This document shows, piece by piece, positions 1 to 7,219 of a DNA stretch of 24,257 bases. Position numbers and translations under genes: made by a program. Source of the DNA: Armatimonadia bacterium. Lineage in GTDB: Bacteria; Armatimonadota; Zipacnadia; Zipacnadales; UBA11051. Positions within the stretch are counted from its first letter, which is position 1; each line of letters starts with the position of its first letter. The stretch covers positions 1-24,257 of the forward strand of contig JBDKRC010000135.1 in assembly GCA_039683575.1 (NCBI GenBank), written 5' to 3'. Under the pieces are notes generated by a model that was given only the letters and a program-made list of their open reading frames with translations, did no database searches and was not told where the DNA came from.

Positions 1-30
1 GCAAGCCGAACAGCGGGCCAGTGCCACCGC

Positions 31-205
31 TGTCGGGCGCGGGCCCGTCCCCCGCCGCTCGTGCTGTCGAAGACAACGGCCGGCGGGGTACGAGCCCCCG
101 CCCTACAGACGGAGTCGGGCGAGACGAGCGACCTGCAGGGATGAGGTTGGCGAGGGCGGGACGGCGGGGTACGAGCCCCCGCCCTACAGACGGAGTCGGG
201 CGAGA
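31..205. repeat. REP-like cluster, family A (GTAGGGCGGGGGCTCGTACCCCGCCG): two identical 44-bp direct copies (81-124, 162-205) plus a degenerate inverted copy (31-57)
   Basis: cggcggggtacgagcccccgccctacagacggagtcgggcgaga is present at both 81 and 162. Positions 31-57 (tgtcgggcgcgggcccgtcccccgccg) match the reverse complement with 4/27 mismatches. A GTAG end plus an internal GGCGGGG/CCCCGCC hairpin is typical of GTAG-type REPs. Confidence 0.85.
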
Positions 206-234
206 GGCCCGAACTGCGAAGCTGCTGGGGGGCA

Positions 235-1230
235 TCATGGCTGCAACTCCTTGTTGGGCCCGTACACGTTCTGGTAGACCTTCGTGTTGCCCTTCGACCC
301 CACCGTTTCGGCTGCGGGCGCGGCGAACCAGTTGTGGTGGATTTCGGCGCCCTGGCTGGGGACGCCACGGATGACCACGGCCCGGCGCTTGGGGTCCTGG
401 AAGGTGTTGTGGTGGATGTATATCCAGTCGCCGGCGATGTCGGTGCCGTCGCCGCGGTCGCTGCCGCCGTGCATGTCGAAGCGGTGGCTCGTGGCGTTCT
501 GCCCCACGAGGTTCCACGAAGCCTCGTAGCAGTCACCCGGCGAGCCCGAAGAGGCGATGTCGTGACGGCACCAGTCGAACTTGTTGGCCGTAATGAAGCA
601 GTTCGCGCGCCCGGTGGACACGCCGTAGCCGTAGCCGGAAAGCTGGCAGTGGTGGATGTCGTTGTGGTGGATATAGACGTTCCCCCCGCCCCCCACTCCG
701 ATGCCGACGAGGTTCCAGTTGTAGATCTCGCAGTTGTCCACGGTGCAGTTGTGGTGGGCCATCGTCATGCACTGGGACATCTGTGCGATGCGCTCGGGGC
801 CGGAATAGGGACCCTCGAAGCGCAGACCAGTGACCCGGACGTCGTCGCCGCCGCTTTGCAGGAGGGGTCTGATCGCCATGCTCTTAGTGAACAGGCGCGC
901 GCCGAGGGAGCCGTTGAGGCCGCGGGTGCCGGCGAGGGTGACACCGGAGGGGATGGTGAGGCCCTGTTGGGTGCCGGTGTCGATTTCCACGCCATCGGGG
1001 AGGAAGATGACCTGTCCGGCTTTGGCAGCCTTGAGGGCCGCGAGGAGCTCGTCGAGGGTGCGGACGGTGAAGTCGCCGGAGGTCTTGATATCGCGATAGC
1101 CCGCCCCACCGCCGATGGGGTCGCCGGTAGGGTTGGCCTCACAGCCGAAGGTTTCCGGCTCCTGGGCAAGGGCGAGGGTGAGCAGGGATAGGGCGAACAG
1201 GATCGCCGTCGCGAGCGTTCTCAGCGGCAT
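235..1230 (-). CDS. Secreted right-handed parallel beta-helix (pectin lyase-like) protein
   Basis: ATG at 1230 follows a GAGGAGG RBS. N-terminal signal peptide (MPLRTLATAILFALSLLTLALA|QE). Beta-helix-type repeats: VDNCEIYN, YIHHNDIHH, ITANKFD, YIHHNTF, EIHHNWF. Confidence 0.8.
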   Translation of the reverse strand: MPLRTLATAILFALSLLTLALAQEPETFGCEANPTGDPIGGGAGYRDIKTSGDFTVRTLDELLAALKAAKAGQVIFLPDGVEIDTGTQQGLTIPSGVTLAGTRGLNGSLGARLFTKSMAIRPLLQSGGDDVRVTGLRFEGPYSGPERIAQMSQCMTMAHHNCTVDNCEIYNWNLVGIGVGGGGNVYIHHNDIHHCQLSGYGYGVSTGRANCFITANKFDWCRHDIASSGSPGDCYEASWNLVGQNATSHRFDMHGGSDRGDGTDIAGDWIYIHHNTFQDPKRRAVVIRGVPSQGAEIHHNWFAAPAAETVGSKGNTKVYQNVYGPNKELQP

Positions 1231-1525
1231 TACCGGCCTCCTCATCACACCCCGCAGAGGGTGGGGGCAGGTGCGCGTTCAGGGGTGAGACTGTCTGCGT
1301 GTATGTTACCGCCGCGCCTGGTTGGAGTTCCCGCCTGGGAAGACTGACCGCACTATGGCTAAGGGAATCTTCAACGAAAATCAGGGATTCTCCGATTTGC
1401 TTCCACATCATCTTCATATAGTCTGGTTATGGAAACAGTGGGCAGAGAGTCGGGGCTGGCGCGGATACTGGCGTTCTCGTAATCACCGCTTTCATCGCAC
1501 GAACTATGGAAGGAAATGGCGCTCC

Positions 1526-1945
1526 ATGCCTTCGGTCGTCATCTGCCCCTCCCGCAACCCCAGGGCCGCACACTTCCTCGCGCGTCTTCTCACCGGGAAT
1601 CCTGACTTCACCGTGAGTGTGGCACCCCGCTGCAAGCGCGATCCCGGTCAGGTCACCGAAGAGCCCGACGCAGTGCTCCTGCTGACGGGTTTTCCTGACC
1701 GAGCTGATCAGGTCTACATCAAATCAACCCGGCGACTCTACCCGTCAACGTGTCTGATCGTGCTCAGCCTCTATGACAGCGCCCATTTCGTCCGCTCGCT
1801 ACTCATGGCAGGGGCCAACGCCTTCGTCCCCCTCGAGTATGCGGTGGAGCGGCTGCCTGAGCTGATTCGCCAGGCCGCCGCCGCACCGCATACCGTGCTG
1901 CATTTCCCTGCTAATCACGACTCTGACGCGATAGCGGGCAGTTGA
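1526..1945 (+). CDS. Stand-alone atypical (pseudo-)receiver domain protein, NarL-like REC fold
   Basis: ATG at 1526 follows GGAAGGA. PDAVLLL...YPSTCLIVLSLYDSAHFVRSLLMAGANAFVP...LPELIRQA follows the NarL-type REC pattern, but the phospho-Asp and conserved Lys positions are replaced. Its 3' end overlaps the convergent gene by 35 bp. Confidence 0.55.
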   Translation: MPSVVICPSRNPRAAHFLARLLTGNPDFTVSVAPRCKRDPGQVTEEPDAVLLLTGFPDRADQVYIKSTRRLYPSTCLIVLSLYDSAHFVRSLLMAGANAFVPLEYAVERLPELIRQAAAAPHTVLHFPANHDSDAIAGS

Positions 1946-4211
1946 CGACGCAGCTTTCCACGCCGCAGCGGTGATGTCCCTGCACGGTGTCGAACTGCTC
2001 GAACCCCTTGGCCAGCGCCTCGGCCGTGATCTCCTCGGGCGGGAAGATGTCCTTGTCCACACCCATGTGCTTGAAGCCGTCCCCACCCATGAGCGCATAG
2101 CGCGCGCACCAGTCACAGCGCTTCTGGTCGAGGCGATGGAACTTGATGGGCTGGCCTTCGAGCGATACCGCGATCTCGTCGAGGTAGGCCTCAGGCGGGC
2201 AGGCGGTCATACAGGTGTCGCAGCCGGCGCAGGAGCCGAGGAGGCTCTGGAAGTCGAGCAGGTCATCGGCCTTCAGCGGCGCGTCGGTGATGACGCTCAC
2301 GTAGCGCATGTTCGTCCCGAAGTCCTCGGTGGCGACGAACCCGCCCTTGGTGATCGCGCCCAAACCTGCCGCGACCGCGGCGAAGCGGTTGCTGAAGGCG
2401 TTGCGCTGCGGGCCGCGGGGATTGGCCGAGATCGAGCCGGTAGCCATCAGGTCCATCGTGATCTCCGCCTTGTACCCGCGGGCACTAAGCCACTTGACCA
2501 TGGACAGGGCCTTCTCGCGCAGGATCCACTGCACGACATACTGCGCGAAGACGTAGGGGCCGACGACCTCAGCCGGCGGCTGGGCCACGCGGCGGGTGGT
2601 CGCGGCGGGGATGCGCAGGCCGAGAACTACCACTGACTGGGCGTCGGGCAGATAGTCGTACGCGTCCTTGACCTGCCGCGTCTCCTCGACCACTTCAGCC
2701 TCGAACTCCAGCCACATTTTGCCTTTGTTGGTCACGCCGAAGGTCTTCTCGCCGTCGAAGATCGGCGCCAGTTGCTTCTTCAGCTCGGCCAGACGCGCCG
2801 GCGAGGCGATGCCCACCTGATCGCAGCCGAAGGCCTCGGCGGCCTGCTTGAGCGCGCGGGTGAGGTTCTTGGGCTGCTGTAGGGCGGGGGCTCGTACCCC
2901 GCCGTCGGGGGTCTTCGCGGGGTCATCCGCCACCAGCGGCGCGCTGGTCAGGAAGGTCGCCGTCAGGGCTTCCCAGCCTTCGGGGGCCATTTTGTCCGTC
3001 ACCGCCGCCATGGCTGACTGCGGCAGGTCGGAGCAGACGACGACGCTATAGCCGAGGTCCTCGAGCTTGCGCGCGCCGAGATAGGATTCGCGGCTGGCAA
3101 AGTACGCGCCAGCGGTCCAGACCTCTCCGTGGCTGTTGCCCTTGGGAATGAGCACGCCCATCGTCACGGCACGGATTGCGTCGGGCAGGCGCTCCTGGAA
3201 GTCGAAGCTCATGGCCTGCATGGCGGCTTCATCGTGCACCAGCACGAAGTCTATGCCCGAGGCTAGCGCCTTGGCGGTCATCTCTTCCTGGACGTAGCGC
3301 GGCATCTCCCACTCGAAGCTGCCCGGCGTGCCGACTTGCTCGTCCCGGGCGTAGATCCGCTTGCGGCGCGGGGCGTTGGTGTATTCCTTGTCAAAGTAGC
3401 GCAGGTGCGGCGGCAGGCAGTGGCGCAGGCAGCTACCCATCTCGCCGCCGCGCAGGCCCTTCTCGCGGATGGTCTGGATGATCTTCTCTTCGGTCACCAC
3501 CTCCGGCTTGGGCAGGTCGAGGTCCACGCCGAAGTGCTCGCCCCACGAGCAGCGCCACAGGCTCTTCTTGGCCTTGTTGTACTTGCGGCCCTCGATCTCG
3601 ATGTACTCCAGCCCGTCCACTTCCTCAGAGAGCGCCCCCGACAGGCAGTGCTTCACACACTGGTTGCAGTTGTCGCACAGGGTGTTGCCGGGCAGGAGCG
3701 GCGTGGGATCGAGCTCGGCGGTGGTGATGATCGAGACAAAGCGGTTGCGGGGGCCGAACTCGGGGCTCATGGAGATGCCATGATAGCCGAGTTCAGTCAG
3801 GCCGGCGGCGACGGCGGAGTAGATGTGTGACATGTCCGGCGCGAAGACCGCGCTGAGGCCCTTGTAGTTGCGGTAGCGCCAGATGTTGCTGGCGGCGATG
3901 GGGATGGCCTCGTAGCCGAGATCCTCGAGGTGCCGGGCCATCTCGTAGGAGATGTGGTCGAGGTGGGTGTTCATGAGGCCCTGCACCGCATACGGGCCCA
4001 TGTCCTGCGGGTGCTTACGCCCGCCCATCTCGACGCAGCCGTCGGGATGATGCAGCGCGCAGACGACGACTGACCTGGCCTCCGGGAAGATTCCCTTCGG
4101 GCTCATCATCAGCGGCGCGTTGTCGTAACGCTCGATGTTAGCCACCCCTACCAGGTCTGCCCCCAAGCCGAAAGCGTAGCTCTTCACTAACCCGGTCAGT
4201 TGCGATTGCAT
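1911..4211 (-). CDS. Multi-module QueG/epoxyqueuosine reductase-like (reductive-dehalogenase-like fold) 4Fe-4S protein
   Basis: Repeated module pattern: G(A/C)D(L/Q)VG(V/I)A...P(E/D)AxSVVV...GY...AVAAGL...FG...R(F/Y)VS(I/V)ITxA(E/P)L. Ferredoxin-type motifs CDNCNQCVKHC and CAGCDTCMTACP follow, with distal CLRHC and CVVNCP. No signal peptide. Confidence 0.8.
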   Translation of the reverse strand: MQSQLTGLVKSYAFGLGADLVGVANIERYDNAPLMMSPKGIFPEARSVVVCALHHPDGCVEMGGRKHPQDMGPYAVQGLMNTHLDHISYEMARHLEDLGYEAIPIAASNIWRYRNYKGLSAVFAPDMSHIYSAVAAGLTELGYHGISMSPEFGPRNRFVSIITTAELDPTPLLPGNTLCDNCNQCVKHCLSGALSEEVDGLEYIEIEGRKYNKAKKSLWRCSWGEHFGVDLDLPKPEVVTEEKIIQTIREKGLRGGEMGSCLRHCLPPHLRYFDKEYTNAPRRKRIYARDEQVGTPGSFEWEMPRYVQEEMTAKALASGIDFVLVHDEAAMQAMSFDFQERLPDAIRAVTMGVLIPKGNSHGEVWTAGAYFASRESYLGARKLEDLGYSVVVCSDLPQSAMAAVTDKMAPEGWEALTATFLTSAPLVADDPAKTPDGGVRAPALQQPKNLTRALKQAAEAFGCDQVGIASPARLAELKKQLAPIFDGEKTFGVTNKGKMWLEFEAEVVEETRQVKDAYDYLPDAQSVVVLGLRIPAATTRRVAQPPAEVVGPYVFAQYVVQWILREKALSMVKWLSARGYKAEITMDLMATGSISANPRGPQRNAFSNRFAAVAAGLGAITKGGFVATEDFGTNMRYVSVITDAPLKADDLLDFQSLLGSCAGCDTCMTACPPEAYLDEIAVSLEGQPIKFHRLDQKRCDWCARYALMGGDGFKHMGVDKDIFPPEEITAEALAKGFEQFDTVQGHHRCGVESCVVNCPLSRQSRD
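2877..2906. repeat. REP family A copy in-frame inside the 766-aa gene (encodes DGGVRAPALQ)
   Basis: ctgtagggcgggggctcgtaccccgccgtc is the exact 30/30 reverse complement of 160-189. Confidence 0.9.
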
Positions 4212-4257
4212 GGCGATTCATGGTCTCCTGATGGTATCAAGGCTTGATCTTGCGGCG

Positions 4258-4266
4258 AGTGTAGCA
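4258..4266 (-). promoter_or_regulatory. Putative extended -10 (TGcTACACT) for the 766-aa gene
   Basis: Minus strand TGCTACACT lies about 47 bp upstream of the ATG, in the intergenic region shared with the divergent AraC gene. No good -35, which is compatible with an activator-dependent promoter. Confidence 0.35.
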
Positions 4267-4365
4267 CAGCGCCGCTACGGCCAGAAGGCACGGGTTGCTG
4301 TTTCTTATTGGACAAAATGCTGGTAAAGACGCAGGTATGGCGCTCCCAAGGCCGAAACAGCCGGC

Positions 4366-5226
4366 ATGCGTACTGATGAAGCCAGGCCTGCCGAGTTGCC
4401 CCTGCCCCCTGCCGGGCTGGCGGGGCAGCTCTCGTTCTCGTTCTACTGGGCCCGCGAGTATGATCCCGAGCCCGGCTGGACCTTCATCCCGCCCAAGCGC
4501 CGGCCCTACGCAACGCTGTGGCTGATCCGCGACGGCGAGCTTGTGGTTGACACCGGGTCAGAGACCGGCACTTGCGGCCCGGGGACGCTGGTAGCCTGGC
4601 CGCCGGGGGCCGTCCGCGAGGCCGAGAATCGGCTGGACCATCCAGCACTTCTCTACACGATATCGTTCAACCTGCAGGTCTGGGGCGAATTGGATTTCTT
4701 CCGGCTGTACCGCGTGCCGCCATTTCACCGGGTAGCGGACTTCGAGGCTTTCGACGAGCCGTGCGCGGCGCTGGTGAAGGAGCTGACCACCTACGACGCT
4801 GTCACGCTCGTGGCGGAGGGCTGGGCGCGGGTACTGGTGGGGAGGTGGCTGGGGGAGTTGGAGCAGACCAGGGCCTTGCAGCCCGCGGCGGGCGTGGATG
4901 AGCGCCTGTCGGAGGTGCTGGCGGCGATTGAGGGGGATCTGGCCGGGGATTGGAGTCTGCAGCGGCTCGCGGAGATGATGCGCCTGAGCAAGGTGCGGAT
5001 GCGGGAACTCTTCGTGCGGGCGGTGGGCCTGCCGCCGCTGCGGTATATCACGCTGCGGCGCATTGACCACGCGCGGGGGTTGCTGCGGGATACCGACCTG
5101 ACGTCGGCGGAAGTCGCGCGGCGGTGCGGGTATGAGGATCCGGGGTATTTCAGCAGGATGTTCCATCGGATAGCCGGGATGCAGCCGTCGGTCTACCGGG
5201 AGCAGGCGCGGTTCCGGCGGGACTGA
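4366..5226 (+). CDS. AraC/XylS family transcriptional regulator (N-terminal cupin)
   Basis: C-terminal AraC double HTH: WSLQRLAEMMRLSKVRMRELF...LLRDTDLTSAEVARRCGYEDPGYFSRMFHRIAGMQPSVYR. Cupin-like N-terminus (LWLIRDGELVV...GPGTLVAWPPG). Confidence 0.93.
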   Translation: MRTDEARPAELPLPPAGLAGQLSFSFYWAREYDPEPGWTFIPPKRRPYATLWLIRDGELVVDTGSETGTCGPGTLVAWPPGAVREAENRLDHPALLYTISFNLQVWGELDFFRLYRVPPFHRVADFEAFDEPCAALVKELTTYDAVTLVAEGWARVLVGRWLGELEQTRALQPAAGVDERLSEVLAAIEGDLAGDWSLQRLAEMMRLSKVRMRELFVRAVGLPPLRYITLRRIDHARGLLRDTDLTSAEVARRCGYEDPGYFSRMFHRIAGMQPSVYREQARFRRD

Positions 5227-5231
5227 CGCGG

Positions 5232-7070
5232 CTACTCAGACTGCCGCAGTACCTGTAGAAAGGCCTCGCCGTACCTGGCCAGTTTGACCTCTCCCACACC
5301 CTTGACCTCCAGCATCTCCTCCGGCGTGCGTGGCTGCCGCTGCGCCATGTCGCGGAGGGTGGCATCGGCGAAGACCTGGAACGCGGGGACGCGCTTCTGT
5401 CGCGCCAGTTCCAGCCGCAGCGCCCGGAGACGTTCAAAGAGCGCTTCCGACCCAGCGCGCGGTCTCGCCCCCGTGGGCGCGTTGGCGACGTCTACGTCGC
5501 GGGGTACCCTTGTCCGCGTGGCGGCAGCAGGTTCACTCTTCGCCCTCTGCAACACCACCTCGCGCTCGCCTCGCAAGACCTCCGCACCCTGCTGGTTCAG
5601 CCGGAAGGTGCGAAAGCCGTCCTCCCTGACATCCACGAGTTCCTGTGCAATGAGTTGTGTGAACACCGACCGCCACTGCTGCTCGGAGAGATCGCGGCCT
5701 GCGCCGTAGCTCCCTAGGCCAGCATGGCCGTTTTCCAGCACCTTGCGGTCACGGCTGCCCCTGAGTACGTTCGTCAGGTGCGCTGAGCCGAACATCTGGC
5801 CGGTCTCGAAGATGCACAGGAGGGCCTTCTGGGCCACCGTGGTCGCGGGCCAGTCTTCCTGCTCGCTGCCGTCGTTGCCGAGACAGGTATCACAGTTGCC
5901 GCACTGGTCAGGGAGGTTTTCGCCGAAGTAGCGCAAGAGCAGCCGGCGGCGGCATTCGGCGGTCTCGCAGAAGCGCGCCATGGCCTGCAGCTTCTTCTTC
6001 TCGACCTTCTGAAACTCCGGTTCCGCCTCGCCGCTTTCAATCAGCTTACGCATCAGGACGACGTCACCCACGCCGAAGGTCATCCAGGCGGTGGCCGGGA
6101 GGCCGTCGCGCCCCGCGCGCCCGGTCTGCTGGTGGTACTCCTCAATGCTGCGCGGCATGTCCATGTGGGCCACGAAGCGCACGTCCGGCTTGTCGATCCC
6201 CATCCCGAAGGCAATTGTAGCGGCGACGATTGCTCCCGGCTCGTCGAGGAAGCGCTGCTGGTTCACCCGGCGCTCGGCGTCATCCATCCCGGCGTGGTAG
6301 GGAATGGCGTTGAAGCCGCACTCGCGCAGGTACTCGGCAGTGGCGTCCACAGACTTGCGGGTGAGACGATACACGATGCCTGAGGCGCCGGGCTCCTGTC
6401 CGCGCAGAAAACCGACGAGTTGGCGCTTCCAGTTCGTTTTGGGGGTCACGAGATAGCGGATGTTGGGGCGGTCAAACCCACCCACGAACATGCCCTTTTC
6501 CGGCAACTCCAGCCGCTTGAGGATCTCCGCGCGGGTTTGCAGGTCGGCGGTGGCAGTGAGCGCCAGGCGCGGCACACCGGGGTAGCGCTCCTTGAGCACG
6601 TGCAATTGCAGGTATTCGGGGCGGAAGTTGTGGCCCCACTGGGATACGCAGTGGGCCTCGTCGATAGCAAAGAGGGCCAGTTCGACCTGATCCAGCGCCT
6701 TAAGGAAGCCCTCCATCATGAGGCGCTCGGGCGAGACATAGAGCAGATCAAGCTCCCGCGCCATCATCTTGTGCTTGACGTCCCACGCCTCGGCGTTCGT
6801 CAGCATCGAGTTCAGGTGAGCCGCCCGCACGCCCAGACTTTGCAGGCGCGCTACCTGGTCCTGCATGAGGGCGATCAGTGGGGAGACCACAATGCCGAGG
6901 CCGGGACGCACGATGGCCGGAATCTGGTAGCAGAGCGATTTGCCACTGCCGGTGGGCATGAGCAGGAGGGCGTCCTTGCCCGCGAGGACGTGGTCAATAA
7001 CCGGCTCCTGAAGGCCGCGGAAGCTCTGATAGCCGAAGACGTTGCGGAGAATGTCGAGAGGTTGCTGCAA
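5232..7070 (-). CDS. recQ: ATP-dependent DNA helicase RecQ
   Basis: Motifs MPTGSGKSLCYQIPA, VSPLIALMQDQV, IDEAHCVSQWGHNFRPEY, ATIAFGMGIDKPDVRFV and GRAGRDG. Zn/RQC region CRRRLLLRYFGE...CGNCDTC and a C-terminal HRDC. Start placed at TTG 7070 (LQQPLDILRNVFGY), because the ORF extension to 7205 runs through a hairpin and a REPIN. Confidence 0.95.
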   Translation of the reverse strand: MQQPLDILRNVFGYQSFRGLQEPVIDHVLAGKDALLLMPTGSGKSLCYQIPAIVRPGLGIVVSPLIALMQDQVARLQSLGVRAAHLNSMLTNAEAWDVKHKMMARELDLLYVSPERLMMEGFLKALDQVELALFAIDEAHCVSQWGHNFRPEYLQLHVLKERYPGVPRLALTATADLQTRAEILKRLELPEKGMFVGGFDRPNIRYLVTPKTNWKRQLVGFLRGQEPGASGIVYRLTRKSVDATAEYLRECGFNAIPYHAGMDDAERRVNQQRFLDEPGAIVAATIAFGMGIDKPDVRFVAHMDMPRSIEEYHQQTGRAGRDGLPATAWMTFGVGDVVLMRKLIESGEAEPEFQKVEKKKLQAMARFCETAECRRRLLLRYFGENLPDQCGNCDTCLGNDGSEQEDWPATTVAQKALLCIFETGQMFGSAHLTNVLRGSRDRKVLENGHAGLGSYGAGRDLSEQQWRSVFTQLIAQELVDVREDGFRTFRLNQQGAEVLRGEREVVLQRAKSEPAAATRTRVPRDVDVANAPTGARPRAGSEALFERLRALRLELARQKRVPAFQVFADATLRDMAQRQPRTPEEMLEVKGVGEVKLARYGEAFLQVLRQSE

Positions 7071-7083
7071 AACGGACCCCGTG

Positions 7084-7124
7084 AAAAACATGAGCATCCA
7101 CCCGAAGAAGAGGTGGATGCTCAT
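7084..7124 (-). terminator. Rho-independent terminator-like hairpin between the oxidoreductase gene and recQ
   Basis: Perfect 13-bp stem atgagcatccacc (7090-7102) / ggtggatgctcat (7112-7124), followed on the minus strand by GTTTTT. Confidence 0.6.
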
Positions 7125-7136
7125 TATACTCTTTAG

Positions 7137-7208
7137 CGCGTGGTAGGCACACTCCGTGTGCCGGGATTCGCTCGATGATTCCGGCACACGGAGTGTGCCT
7201 ACCACGCG
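7137..7208. repeat. REPIN-like element, family B (CGCGTGGTAGGCACACTCCGTGTGCCGG, inverted pair)
   Basis: Perfect 28-bp inverted repeat, 7137-7164 / 7181-7208. Each arm has GTAG and an internal GGCACAC-tcc-GTGTGCC hairpin. A sister copy is at 21544-21626. Confidence 0.9.
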
Positions 7209-7219
7209 GACAGGCGGCG

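Noticed and set aside
81-205. Mini-CRISPR (44-bp repeat, 37-bp spacer)
   Set aside because: Only two copies are present. The unit has GTAG-REP architecture and recurs inverted nearby and inside a CDS.
1911-4211. Naming the gene queG or rdhA
   Set aside because: The three-module architecture, non-canonical Cys spacing, and lack of a TAT signal or RdhB support only a fold-level assignment.
5455-5505. Possible degenerate REP in the RecQ RQC-HRDC linker (gcgacgt-ct-acgtcgc)
   Set aside because: It is only a 7-bp stem with no convincing match to any of the five repeat families, which is expected by chance.
7071-7205. N-terminal extension of RecQ given by the ORF track
   Set aside because: It translates the REPIN and the terminator hairpin. 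RecQ similarity begins at about LQQPLDIL, so it was not counted as a coding REP.
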